Shown here one piece after another: positions 1-9,791 of a stretch of 64,000 nucleotides of DNA. Positions within the stretch are counted from its first letter, which is position 1. Every line of letters begins with the position of its first letter. The stretch is from positions 96,001 to 160,000 of the forward strand of contig CAVYJM010000018.1 in the NCBI GenBank assembly GCA_963768855.1. Reading direction: 5' to 3'. The translations under genes were made by a program, and so were the position numbers. The notes under the pieces were generated by a model. It did not search any database. It saw nothing but the letters and a program-made list of their open reading frames with translations, and had not been told where the DNA came from. The stretch comes from an uncultured Thermoplasmata archaeon. GTDB taxonomy: Archaea; Thermoplasmatota; Thermoplasmata; RBG-16-68-12.

Positions 1-99
1 ACCTCCCATCGATGGCTCGGAATCCCGCCGTGGGCGCGAGGAATACCTTCTTATCCGCGAGCCCCGGTTCGCGCGCGCCCGAACGGCGGGAGGCTGGCC

Positions 100-2076
100 A
101 TGGCCACGAACCCACGCGCCTCGACGAAGCTCACGAAGCCCGAGATCCTCTTCCTGACGACGCCGGACCAGGTCTCGAAGACGGCGGAACGCAAGCTCAG
201 CGAGGCCCGCGACCTCCTAGGCCGCATCCTCGAGGTCGGCGGCAAGCGGACCGTCGCGAACACGCTCGCCCCGTTCAACGTGCTCTCCAACCTCATCTCC
301 CTCGTGGCCTTGCAGACCCAGCTCCTGTTCAACGCGCACACGGACGCAGGCGTGCGCGATGCGGCGAACAAGGCGTACCTCGCGGCGGACAGCCTCTCGA
401 CGGAGATCAGCCTCAACCGCCCCCTGTACGATGCCTTCATGCGACTCGACGTCCGCAAGGCCGACCCGGAGACGCAGCACGCGGTACGGAAGATCCGCCG
501 GGACTTCCGCCGCGCGGGCGTGGACCGGGACGAGACCACCCGGGCGAAGATCCGGGCCCTGAACGATGAGATCTCCGAGATCGGCTCGGCGTTCGACCGG
601 ATCATCAACGAAGACCGCCGCTCGATCCAGCTCGACGACGTGTCGGACCTGAAGGGTCTTCCGGAAGACTTCATCGCCGGCCACCCACCGAAGGACGGCA
701 AGATCACGCTCACGACCGCGTACCCAGACGCGATTCCCGTGTTCCAGTACGCCGCGAAGGCGAGCGTTCGCCAGCGACTGCAACGGGAGTTCTACGACCG
801 TGGCTTTCCGAAGAACCTCGAGGTCCTCGCGCGGCTCCTGGAGAAGCGCCATGAGCTCGCGACCCTCCTGGGCTACGCGAACTATGCGGAGTATGTGACC
901 GGGGACAAGATGATCCGCACAGCGAAGGCCGCCTCGAAGTTCGTGGAGAAGGTCGCCCGCGCGAGCCGGGCGCGCACGGATCGGGACTACGCGCAGCTCG
1001 TCGAGCGCAAGCGGAAGGACGTGCCCGCGGCGGCGGGGCTCGACCCCTGGGACGCGAACTACTACACGGAGCGGGTTCGGGCCGAGCAGTACCGCTTCGA
1101 CTCCCAGGAGGTCCGCCCCTACTTCCAGTTCGAGAAGGTCCGCGAGGGGGTTTTCGACATCACGGGGCGCCTGTTCGGGCTGCGGTACAAGCGCGTGACC
1201 GGGGTGCCGGTCTGGCATGAGTCCGTCGACGTCTACGACGTCTACCAGGGCCGCACCCGCCTCGGCCGGTTCTACCTGGACCTCCATCCGCGCGACGGGA
1301 AGTTCAGCCACGCGGCCGAGTTCAGCCTCGTCGTCGGCCTCCGTGGCGTCCAGCTCCCGCAGGCCGCTCTCCTGTGCAACTTCCCCGATCCGCGGTCGAG
1401 CGCCGGGCCCGCCCTCATGGAGCGCACGGAGGTCGAGACGTTCTTCCACGAGTTCGGGCACCTCCTGCACGCGATCCTCTCCGGTCGCTCGAAGTGGCTC
1501 AAGACGAGCATGGAAGGGATCGAGTGGGACTTCGTCGAGGCGCCGTCCCAGATGCTCGAGGAGTGGACGCGGAAATACGAGAGCCTCGCGCGCTTCGCGA
1601 AGCACCACAAGACGGGCGAGACGATCCCGAGGGAGCTCGTGGAGCGGATGGAGCGCGCCGGCACGGTCGCCCGCGGCCTCTGGACCTCCCGCCAGGATTT
1701 CCTCGCGGCCCTCTCCCTTGCCTACTACAGCCGCGACCCGAAAGGTCTCGACACGACCGAGGTCGCGAAAGAGCTGAATGGCCGGTACTATCCGGTGCCC
1801 TGGTACGACGGCACGCATTTCCAGTGCAACTTCGGCCATCTGAACGGCTACTCGGCCGTGTACTACACGTACCTCTGGTCTCTCGTGATCGCGAAGGACC
1901 TGTTCAGCAAGTTCGCGAAAGCGAAGTCGATCCTGGACCCGAAGACGGCGGCCCGCTACCGCAAGCAGATTCTCGAGGCCGCGAGCGTGCGCCCGGCGGC
2001 GGACATGGTGAAGCAGTTCCTCGGCCGCGGGATGCGCTTCGATGCGTTCCAGGCGTGGCTCGACGAGGATGCAGGC
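100..2076 (+). CDS. M3 family metallopeptidase (thimet oligopeptidase-like); no stop, reads through into a multicopper oxidase fragment (ORF 100..3546)
   Basis: HEFGH zinc motif (FFHEFGHLLH, about 1447-1461), WDFVEAPSQMLEEW, FGHLNGYSAVYYTYLWS; typical M3 C-terminus FDAFQAWL ends at about 2076. Confidence 0.9.
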
Positions 2077-2136
2077 TGGTGGGAGAGTCGGGGTCAGCGA
2101 AATCTGCTTAACGCCGGGCGCATGGGTGCCATCCGC

Positions 2137-3174
2137 ATCCACTGGGCGGACGTTCCCGGGTTCGACGGGACGAACCCCGTCCCGCTGGTCACCCACGTGC
2201 ACGGCGCGGAGGTCCAGTCCTACTCGGATGGCGGCCCGCAGGAATGGTTCACCAATTCGGGTCTGCACGGGAAGGACTACAGCAGCCTCCCCGGCGCGGC
2301 ACGGAACGAGGCCATCTACTACTACCCGAACGAGCAGCAAACCACGACCCTGTGGTACCATGACCACGGTCTCGGCGTCACGCGGCTCAACGTGATGTCC
2401 GGACTGGCGGGCTTCTACCTGCTCCGGGATCCGGAGGACGCCGTGGCCCCGCTCTTGCCCGCCGGTCCGTATGAGATGCCGCTCGCCATCCAGGACCGAA
2501 TCTTCTACCCGGACGGACGCCTGTGGCAGCCCATCGAAGGGATCAACCCGGACCTCCACCCAATCTGGCAACCCGAGTTCTTCGGGAACACGATCATGGT
2601 GAACGGCCTCGTCTGGCCCTTCATGAACGTGGACCAGGGATGGTACCGCTTCCGGATCCTAGACGGATCGAACGCCCGGTTCTACACGCTGACCTTCCGG
2701 GCCCAGCTCGGAGCGAGCGGGCCCACGCTACCGTTCTACCAGGTCGGATCGGATGGCGGGTACCTCCGCCAGGCCGCGCCCACGACGAGCCTGACGATCG
2801 CGCCCGGCGAACGCGCGGATGTCCTGATCAACTTTGCGGGCTTGCCGGCCGGGGCGCGGGTGCTCCTCGCGAACACGGCGAAGGCGCCGTTCCCGATGGG
2901 ATCGCCTCCGGACCCGCGGGCCACTGGGCAGATCGTCCAGTTCCGCGTGACGGGGAACGCGGGCGCCTCCCTCGATCCCTCCGTCCTGGCGATGGGGCTG
3001 AATCCGACACTCCCCTTGACGGACCCGTTCCCGAACCTGCCCGCGCCGTCCCTGACACGGACCCGAGTCCTGTGGGAGGTCGAAGGTGAACTGGGACCCG
3101 AGATGGTCACGCTGAACGGCCAGATGTGGGACGGGGCTCTGTCCGAGACGCCCACCCAGGGGGCGACCGAGGTT
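2137..3174 (+). pseudogene. Internal fragment of a CotA/bilirubin-oxidase-like multicopper oxidase
   Basis: IHWAD...PVPLVTHVHG, TLWYHDH, WQPEFFGNTIMVNG, YRFRILDGSNARFY, LTIAPGERADV. Stops at PTQGATEV before the domain-3 HPxHxH/HCH Cu ligands; the N-terminus is also absent. Confidence 0.8.
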
Positions 3175-3202
3175 TTCGTTGACCGCGTCCCGGGCCTCTC
3201 CG

Positions 3203-4642
3203 CTAGTCGCCGATGCCGGCCAGGCGGCGCGCCATCTCCTTCTTGCTCTCGAGGTCGGCGAGTTGCCGAATCCCGAGGGACGCCGCGGCGGGCGATCCGC
3301 CCCCGTGCATGCAGAGCGTGGACAGCTTGCCTGGGCCGAAGACCATGCTCTCCAGGAGGCGGGCGACCCGCAGCCGCTTCTCCGCGGTCACGTCCCGCAG
3401 TCCGCGGTAGTACTTGTCCACGAACGCGCCGACGCGATCCGAACGCAGGTCGCGGTCCGAGGGCATGCAGGAGACCATCCCGCCGCCCACGTCCTCGGCG
3501 AGCCGCTGGATCTCGAACGGGAGGCGGGTCACGCTCGTCTTCGTGACGTTCGCCAGGAGGGGGTCCGGGAACCACGCGCCGGACGGGGTCACCTGACCCT
3601 GGTACGCGGCCCCGAGCGCCTGGGCGTACATCGCCTCGGAGAGATACGTCATCTCGACGAACCGATCCATTAGCTGTCGCGAGAGGCCGTTGAACTCGGC
3701 CAGGAGGGCCGCGGCGCCCGTGAGCACGTCCCCGCAGCCCGCGAGGCAGCCGCCCAGGGTCATCCGGTGCAGGAGGACGAACTTGGAGACGACGTCTCCG
3801 GTGAATTCGGTCTCGCCGGCCATGAACACGCGCTCCTTCGGCACGAAGACGTCGTTGAAGACGACGAGGGACTCGGACGAGCCGAATCGCACGTTCCCCT
3901 TGTCGAAGCCCGCCTCGAGCTTGCGCTCGTCCCCCATCTGGCGGTTGACGACCTGGGTGACACCGTCCGCGTCGAGCGGGACGGCCGCGGCAACCGCGTG
4001 GTCCCGCTCTGCCTCGGAGAACGCGGCACCCGGCTGGACGAGAATCTCGTGCGAGCCGACCGCGCCTCCGATCATCGTCTTCGCACCGCGCAAGACGATG
4101 CCATCCTTGCGCTCCTCGACGATCCGCAGGTAGACGTCGGGGTCGGGCTGGTGCTTCGGTTTCAGGGAGCGAGCGCCCTTGGGGTCCGTGAGCGCACCCG
4201 CGACGGTCAGGTCCTCGCGGCGCACCTTCGCAATGTAGCGCTGGAGGCGCCGGTGGTACCCCGTGCCGTTTCGGGCGTCCATCTCGAACGTGGTGTGCCA
4301 CAGGGCGTTCATGGCGTCCCAGCCGCAGCAGCGGCTTGCCGTGCAGACGCCGGTGCGCTGGCACAGGAAGCGGGCGACGCGCACCCGGTTCACGAGGTCC
4401 TCGCGGGACCGGTGGATCGAGCAGTAGACGCTGAAGGGGCCCTGGCCGTTGCGTTGCGTCATCGTCTCCCGGTATCGCGGGTCGCGGCTGAGGTCGTAGA
4501 TCGCGCCTATTCCCTCCAGGGCGAGCCGGGTGAACCCGTTCTTCGTCACGTCGGGGACGCGCTTGCCGAGCAGGTAAACGTCCGCCTCGAGGTCATGCAT
4601 GCTTTCCAGGTACCGCTCCTTCGTCTTCAGGGTCATCTTCAT
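3203..4642 (-). CDS. 4-hydroxybutyryl-CoA dehydratase (AbfD)/HpaB-family FAD-[4Fe-4S] protein, divergent
   Basis: CTASRCCGWDA, GALTDPKG, LRGAK, ESLVVFNDVFVP, HRMTLGGC (HX6C), MHGGGSP. Confidence 0.8.
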   Translation of the reverse strand: MKMTLKTKERYLESMHDLEADVYLLGKRVPDVTKNGFTRLALEGIGAIYDLSRDPRYRETMTQRNGQGPFSVYCSIHRSREDLVNRVRVARFLCQRTGVCTASRCCGWDAMNALWHTTFEMDARNGTGYHRRLQRYIAKVRREDLTVAGALTDPKGARSLKPKHQPDPDVYLRIVEERKDGIVLRGAKTMIGGAVGSHEILVQPGAAFSEAERDHAVAAAVPLDADGVTQVVNRQMGDERKLEAGFDKGNVRFGSSESLVVFNDVFVPKERVFMAGETEFTGDVVSKFVLLHRMTLGGCLAGCGDVLTGAAALLAEFNGLSRQLMDRFVEMTYLSEAMYAQALGAAYQGQVTPSGAWFPDPLLANVTKTSVTRLPFEIQRLAEDVGGGMVSCMPSDRDLRSDRVGAFVDKYYRGLRDVTAEKRLRVARLLESMVFGPGKLSTLCMHGGGSPAAASLGIRQLADLESKKEMARRLAGIGD

Positions 4643-4646
4643 CGCC

Positions 4647-5783
4647 TCACAGGAGTTCGTTCGAGATCACGAGCCGCTGGATCTCCGACGTTCCCTCGTA
4701 GATCTCCGTGATCTTCGCGTCCCGGTAGTAGCGTTCGAGTGGCAAGTCTCGCATGTAGCCGTACCCGCCGTGGATCTGGAGCGCCTTGCGGGTCGCCTCG
4801 ACCGCGGTGGAGGCGGCGAAGAGCTTCGCCATGCTCGCCTCCATCGTGTGCTTCTTGTGGTGGTCCGTCAGCCACGCCGCGCGGTACGTGAGGAGGCGCG
4901 CCGCATCGAGGTCCGTCGCCATGTCCGCGATCATCCACCGGATCGCTTCGAGGTCGGCGATCGGCCTGCCAAACTGCACGCGGTGACGGGCGTACTGCAC
5001 CGCCGCATCCAGGGAGGCCTGGGCGATCCCGACGGCCTGCGCCGCGATGCTGATCCGCCCGCAGTCCAGGGTCTCCATGGCGATCTTGAAACCATCCCCC
5101 ACGCGGCCGAGCAGGTTCTCCGGTGGCACGCGCACCTCGTCGAAGATCACCTCGGAGGTGACGGAGGACCGGATGCCCATCTTGTCGAAGATCTTCCCGA
5201 TCCGCACGCCCGCCGACTTCCGCGGGACGAGGAACGCGGAGATGCCGCGGTGGGCGAGGGACTTGTCCGTCATCGCGAAGACGACGAACGTGCTCGCGAC
5301 GGGGGCGTTCATGATGAAGTACTTCCGGCCCGTGAGGACGAAGTCGTCTCCCTTCCGGACGGCCTTCGATTCCATGGCGGCGACGTCGCTGCCCGCGCCC
5401 GGCTCGGTGAGGCAGAAGGATCCGAGCTGCCTCCCCTGGGCGAGCGGCCGCAGGAAGCGCCGCTTCTGGTCGTCGTTCCCGAACCAGAAGATCGGCTGGC
5501 TCGCGAGGGACACGTGGACGGCGAGCGTCACGCCAAGCGCGGCGGACGCCCTCGAGATCTCCTCGACGGCGATTGCGTAGCTGAGCACGTCGCGTCCCCC
5601 GCCGCCGAACTTCGCGGGGAACGGGAGCCCCGCCAGCCCGGCCTTGGCCAGCGCCTTCCAGGCATCGAGGGGGAACTCCGCCTCTCGGTCCCACGTGTCC
5701 GCGCGGGGCGCCACATGCTCCTCGACGAACCTTCGGGCCTTCCTTCGGACCTCGTCATGGCGGCGGTCGACGGCGAACTCCAT
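4647..5783 (-). CDS. Acyl-CoA dehydrogenase
   Basis: FCLTEPGAGSDV, LTGRKYFI, GFKIAMETLDCGRISIAAQAVG, IHGGYGY, KITEIYEGTSEIQR. Start chosen at MEFAV; 4 bp upstream of the AbfD-like gene. Confidence 0.95.
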   Translation of the reverse strand: MEFAVDRRHDEVRRKARRFVEEHVAPRADTWDREAEFPLDAWKALAKAGLAGLPFPAKFGGGGRDVLSYAIAVEEISRASAALGVTLAVHVSLASQPIFWFGNDDQKRRFLRPLAQGRQLGSFCLTEPGAGSDVAAMESKAVRKGDDFVLTGRKYFIMNAPVASTFVVFAMTDKSLAHRGISAFLVPRKSAGVRIGKIFDKMGIRSSVTSEVIFDEVRVPPENLLGRVGDGFKIAMETLDCGRISIAAQAVGIAQASLDAAVQYARHRVQFGRPIADLEAIRWMIADMATDLDAARLLTYRAAWLTDHHKKHTMEASMAKLFAASTAVEATRKALQIHGGYGYMRDLPLERYYRDAKITEIYEGTSEIQRLVISNELL

Positions 5784-5937
5784 GGGCATCCCCGCAGACA
5801 CTCCGAGTTCGAGACCAAGAAGGTTGCCCATGTATTGTGCATAAACCGCCGGGAGAGCACCCGCGTTCGGCCCGACGCGCGCGAATGGGGGGCTTCAAGC
5901 CGCAAGGGCTATACCCGGCCAGGGGCTAGCCGTCCGC

Positions 5938-6477
5938 GTGACGGTCGTTGCCAAGATTGGGTTCATGGACCAGCACGGGAAAGTGCGGACCGCGGAGGGC
6001 ATCGTCGAGGTCCGCCGGTCCCCAGACGGCACGTACTCGGTTCCAGCTCCCGCGGCAGGCGAGTCCGGCCGAGTGAAGTATGATGACGAGCACGACATGC
6101 TCGAGATCGAACGACCCGGCGTCTACGTTTCGATCCATTTCCGCGGAGAGACGGAGCACACACGGTTCGAGTTCGGCGGGCACGTCTACGAGGTGGGCAC
6201 GATGGACTTCGGCGCGATCTCTATCAAGGAAGGCGGACGCCCCGTGGTCCAAGGGCACGTGACCGTGAGCGGGGTCCGCCTCCTCTCCGTCGCGCCCGAT
6301 CTGCAGCCAATCCAGCGCGAGCTCGCCTTCGGCCTCGCGCTCCACAGCGACGCGATCAGCAAGGGGTTCTGGCGGGAGGACGAGCCCTTCCTCGAGGGCA
6401 TCAAGGAGCAAATCGAGGGGGACCTGCTCGAAGGGGACGCGCGCCTCCGCCATGGGCAAGAGAAGCCCGACGAGTAG
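5938..6477 (+). CDS. Hypothetical protein (179 aa)
   Basis: GC3-biased codons, divergent from the ACAD gene, TATA-like GGCTATAC about 30 bp upstream; no motif recognised. Confidence 0.65.
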   Translation: MTVVAKIGFMDQHGKVRTAEGIVEVRRSPDGTYSVPAPAAGESGRVKYDDEHDMLEIERPGVYVSIHFRGETEHTRFEFGGHVYEVGTMDFGAISIKEGGRPVVQGHVTVSGVRLLSVAPDLQPIQRELAFGLALHSDAISKGFWREDEPFLEGIKEQIEGDLLEGDARLRHGQEKPDE

Positions 6478-6594
6478 CCGACCGGCGCAAGCGGACGGAC
6501 AATCACGCTAGGAGTTACGTGTCCTTCTGCGGCTGGGTTCGGTCTCGCGGCTCCGGCTGCGCCGAACTTCAACCCGTCCCGGCGAACCGCGGGC

Positions 6595-6696
6595 CTATCG
6601 TCGGCGCCGCTTGATCCGATGCTCGGGTCCCGCGCCGTGACGGCGGCGAGCGCGTCGCCGACCCGCCCGCGTCAGCCGGACTTCCTTCTTCGCCAT
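6595..6696 (-). CDS. Possible 33-aa Arg-rich peptide MAKKEVRLTRAGRRRARRRHGAGPEHRIKRRRR
   Basis: ATG at 6696, TAG at 6595, TATA-like TTCAAATA about 25 nt upstream; could instead be a frameshifted remnant. Confidence 0.3.
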   Translation of the reverse strand: MAKKEVRLTRAGRRRARRRHGAGPEHRIKRRRR

Positions 6697-6873
6697 CGGC
6701 GCGGAGAGGCTGGACGCGCTATTTGAACCATGCCGTCGCAGCTCAGCGAAGGGCGCGGGATGTGCACGTCTCACTTCGATGACTCACCCCCGTGTTTGGA
6801 AGAGCGGGGGGCGGCCGTCCCATGGCCCGGTCCCCTGACTACTCGCAGGCGAGAGGCGGACACCTCCCATTCA

Positions 6874-6895
6874 TCCGGGTCGAACGCCCCGGTCG
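6874..6895. repeat. 22-bp imperfect direct repeat, copy 1 (TCCGGGTCGAACGCCCCGGTCG)
   Basis: 20/22 identical to 7445-7466; 6884-6896 also equals 16520-16532 (tRNA-Asp 3' end, reverse complement). Confidence 0.6.
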
Positions 6896-6964
6896 GTAGG
6901 CTTTCTGCGAGAAGGTATTAGTAAGCCAGCCAAGATGTCAATTCGCGCGGGCAGGAGGGGGCAC

Positions 6965-7390
6965 ATGTCTGAATCCGACGCCGTCCGCAAAACGATCGAC
7001 GAGCACAATGCGAACATCTGCAAGTGGTATGCGGCCGGGGATGCGGACCGGCTCTCCCACATGTTCACGGAAGACTGCTGGCAGATGCCGCCGCACGCGG
7101 AGCCCCTCGTGGGACGTGCGGCGGTGCGGGAGTTCTGGAAGCAAGCCCTGCATTGGGGGAAGTGGAACTTCAGCCTCGAGACGCAGGACGTGGTCGCGAG
7201 CGGATCGGTCGCCGTCGAGCGGGGTCGGTACACCGTCAGCTTTTCCGCTGGCCCCTCCGCGCCGCCTGGCATGGGCTCCTCTGACGACCAGGGCAACTAC
7301 GTCGTGATGTGGCGCCGCGGCCGCGACGGTCAATGGCGCATCGTGTGGGATACGCCCGTCAGCACGGTACCCCTCTCGACCTCGCAGTAG
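6965..7390 (+). CDS. NTF2/SnoaL-like (DUF4440/YybH-type) protein
   Basis: WYAAGDADRLSHMFTEDCWQMPP...GRAAVREFW...AVERGRY...GNYVVMWRR...WRIVWD; GGAGG SD before ATG 6965. Confidence 0.85.
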   Translation: MSESDAVRKTIDEHNANICKWYAAGDADRLSHMFTEDCWQMPPHAEPLVGRAAVREFWKQALHWGKWNFSLETQDVVASGSVAVERGRYTVSFSAGPSAPPGMGSSDDQGNYVVMWRRGRDGQWRIVWDTPVSTVPLSTSQ

Positions 7391-7444
7391 TGATAGGGCA
7401 ATCCGTCGCGTGCCCTCTTGTCGGATCCCAACCTCGACCGACCC

Positions 7445-7466
7445 TCCGAGTCGAACGCCCGGGTCG
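7445..7466. repeat. 22-bp imperfect direct repeat, copy 2 (TCCGAGTCGAACGCCCGGGTCG)
   Basis: 20/22 identical to 6874-6895. Confidence 0.6.
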
Positions 7467-7604
7467 TGATGCCTTTGACCGCCTTCGACTTGTTCGCCCG
7501 GGTGAGCGAACGTGGAAAGTGCCCGCCCCGTAGGGCGGGCGTGAGGGGACAACAACACGCAACGGTGGGTTGTGGCGCTACTGCGAGTCCGGGCGGGTGC
7601 ACAA

Positions 7605-7626
7605 CGGGAGAGCGACGCCCCGGTCG
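7605..7626. repeat. Degenerate copy of tRNA-Asp 3' end plus trailer (possible old att site)
   Basis: CGGGAGAGCGACGCCCCGGTCG versus 16511-16531 CGGGAGAG-GACGCCCCGGTCG: identical apart from one inserted C. Confidence 0.6.
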
Positions 7627-7786
7627 AATAGAGGAGTAACGGGCACCGTCCTCATCGATGAGTCGACCCTCGCGGCGTTCTCGGTCGGTCCGCCTCCTCG
7701 TCGAATATAATCGCCACGGGTATATCGTGGCCATCCGGATAGCCGTTTCGTGGTCAGCTCAGTTCCATCCGGAGAGAGACGCACTA

Positions 7787-8422
7787 TCACGACGTCGCAT
7801 GCTTCAGGACCAGGAACGCTTCCATCATGTCCCGTTCCTCGAGGACGAGGATGGTGTCCGTGTGGCAGCTCATCACTTGGAGGACGTTGAGCCCGTGGGA
7901 GGCAAGGCTCGCCATGAGGAATGCCAGGACGCCGGGAATCTCCTCGATGCTCTCGGGGCTCGTGACGCTCAGCTCCACGAGTCCCTTCCTGACCCGCAGG
8001 ACGTTGCCCGGGCTGATCGCCTTCGTGACCACGGGCAGCGTGTCGTCCTCGAGGATGAGGACAATGCCCTGGGAGGTGGGAATGAGTCGGATGATCCGGT
8101 TCGCAAGGAGCAGCTCGTTCACGACCTTCTCCAGGCGCACGAGGTTGTCGTAGGAGTATCGGACGGTTACGGTGGCCACCCGGGTTCGCGTCTCCAGCCG
8201 CGAACGGTGAAAAAGACGACGCAGGGCCTGCGCCCTCGCGGCGGACCGAGGCCGGACCCGGTACCGCCGACACGCCGCGAGGACGGCATCCATGCGCTCG
8301 ACGTCCAACTCCGTTGCGATCTTCCGAGCGAGGGCGGAAAGGTTGACGAGGCCGTCGGCCAAGCACTCCTTGATCGCGGGTTGGGCATCCAAGTAGCCCC
8401 TCACCTGGCGTGCGACGCTCAC
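7787..8422 (-). CDS. Archaeal HTH + ACT-domain amino-acid metabolism regulator
   Basis: N-terminal YLDAQPAIKECLADGLVNLSALARKI; C-terminal ACT-like IPGVLAFLMASLASHGLNVLQVMSCHTDTILVL; divergent from argG. Confidence 0.75.
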   Translation of the reverse strand: MSVARQVRGYLDAQPAIKECLADGLVNLSALARKIATELDVERMDAVLAACRRYRVRPRSAARAQALRRLFHRSRLETRTRVATVTVRYSYDNLVRLEKVVNELLLANRIIRLIPTSQGIVLILEDDTLPVVTKAISPGNVLRVRKGLVELSVTSPESIEEIPGVLAFLMASLASHGLNVLQVMSCHTDTILVLEERDMMEAFLVLKHATS

Positions 8423-8543
8423 TGTTTCGCCTCGCCATCCGGAAGGTGCGTCCCATATTAGACAGTTGAGTTGGATTCTGACCTAAATTGGCCACAACGG
8501 TTATCACCTGTCCTCGGTCTGGCCCGTTCTCACAGGGAGGCAG

Positions 8544-9791
8544 ATGGTCGAGAAGGTCGTCCTCGCGTACTCGGGCGGGCTGGACACGTCCGTGGCCATC
8601 GCATGGCTCCAGGAGCAATTCGGAGTCGAGGTGATCGCGGTCACGGTGGACGTGGGCCAGGATGAGGACCTCACCGCGCTTGCGGAGAAAGCGAAAGCCA
8701 TTGGGGCCGTGTCGGCGGAGGTCATCGACGCGAAGGACGAGCTCACCGAGGAGTATCTCTTCCCGGCCCTTCAAGCGAACGCCATCTATGAGGGAGTGTA
8801 CCCCCTGAGCACCGCCCTCGCGCGCCCCCTCATCGTCAAGCACCTAGTCGCTGCCGCGCACGCCCACGATGCGGGCGCCGTCGCCCACGGGTGCACGGGC
8901 AAGGGAAACGACCAGGTGCGGTTCGAGGTGGGCATTGCTGCGCTGGATCCTTTGCTGAAGGTCCTCGCCCCCGCCCGGACCTGGGGCATGACCCGCGAGC
9001 AGGAAATCGACTACGCGCAAATCCACGGGATCCCAACCGGTGTGACGAAGCAGAAAGCCTACAGCGTCGACGCGAATCTCTGGGGCCGCTCCGTCGAAGG
9101 TGGTCGGCTCGAGGACCCCACCCTGGAACCGTCGGAGGATGCGTTCCTCTGGACCACGAGTCCCATTCTCGCGCCACCGGAGCCGCAGCTCCTTGAGATC
9201 GTCTTCGACCAGGGAGTGCCCGTCAAGGCTGCGGAGGCCGAAGACTCTGTGGAAATCGTACGGCGCCTGAATCGCTTGTGCGGTCGCAACGGGATCGGAC
9301 GCATCGACCACGTGGAGAGCCGGGTGGTGGGCATCAAGTCCCGCGAGGTCTACGAGTGTCCTGCCGCGACGGTGCTGATCGCGGCCCACCGCGCCCTCGA
9401 AGCCCTCACCCTGCCCAAGGACGTCCTTCGTTTCAAGTCCATCGTGGAGACGCGCTACGCGGAACTGGTTTACGACGGCCTATGGTACACCCCCCTCCGG
9501 GAATGCCTCCAGGCGTTCGTGGCGGAATCGCAAGCGCGCGTTACGGGACGTGTGAGCCTGAAGCTGTACAAGGGGTCCGTAGCTGTCGTCGGCCGCGACT
9601 CGCCCAATGCCCTCTACGACCACGGCCTCGCGACGTACGGGTCGGGCGATGCCTTCGACGCTTCCGCGGCAGAGGGATTCGTCAAGCTCTGGGGGCTGCC
9701 CTCCAAGGTCTGGGCGCAGGCGGGCCAGAAACGCGTCACGATGAAGAAGAAGGAGGTGACCGCCCCTGCGGCCCTTGTCCACGGTCCCTGA
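8544..9791 (+). CDS. argG: Argininosuccinate synthase
   Basis: VVLAYSGGLDTS, HGCTGKGNDQVRFE, YSVDANLWGRS, GIKSREVYECPA. Confidence 0.97.
   Translation: MVEKVVLAYSGGLDTSVAIAWLQEQFGVEVIAVTVDVGQDEDLTALAEKAKAIGAVSAEVIDAKDELTEEYLFPALQANAIYEGVYPLSTALARPLIVKHLVAAAHAHDAGAVAHGCTGKGNDQVRFEVGIAALDPLLKVLAPARTWGMTREQEIDYAQIHGIPTGVTKQKAYSVDANLWGRSVEGGRLEDPTLEPSEDAFLWTTSPILAPPEPQLLEIVFDQGVPVKAAEAEDSVEIVRRLNRLCGRNGIGRIDHVESRVVGIKSREVYECPAATVLIAAHRALEALTLPKDVLRFKSIVETRYAELVYDGLWYTPLRECLQAFVAESQARVTGRVSLKLYKGSVAVVGRDSPNALYDHGLATYGSGDAFDASAAEGFVKLWGLPSKVWAQAGQKRVTMKKKEVTAPAALVHGP

Noticed and set aside
217-2571. Long antisense or alternate-frame ORFs (also 43966-47286, 47299-48972, 60462-63104 and many others)
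   Set aside because: Shadows of real GC3-rich genes; low-complexity R/G/P or V/D/L translations with no motifs.
3175-3546. C-terminal 120 aa of the 1148-aa ORF
   Set aside because: It is antisense read-through of the AbfD-like gene, not a domain.
7521-7540. Perfect hairpin GCCCGCCC-CGTA-GGGCGGGC as an IS200/IS605 end
   Set aside because: No tnpA/tnpB remnant or partner end recognised; may be a terminator-like stem.
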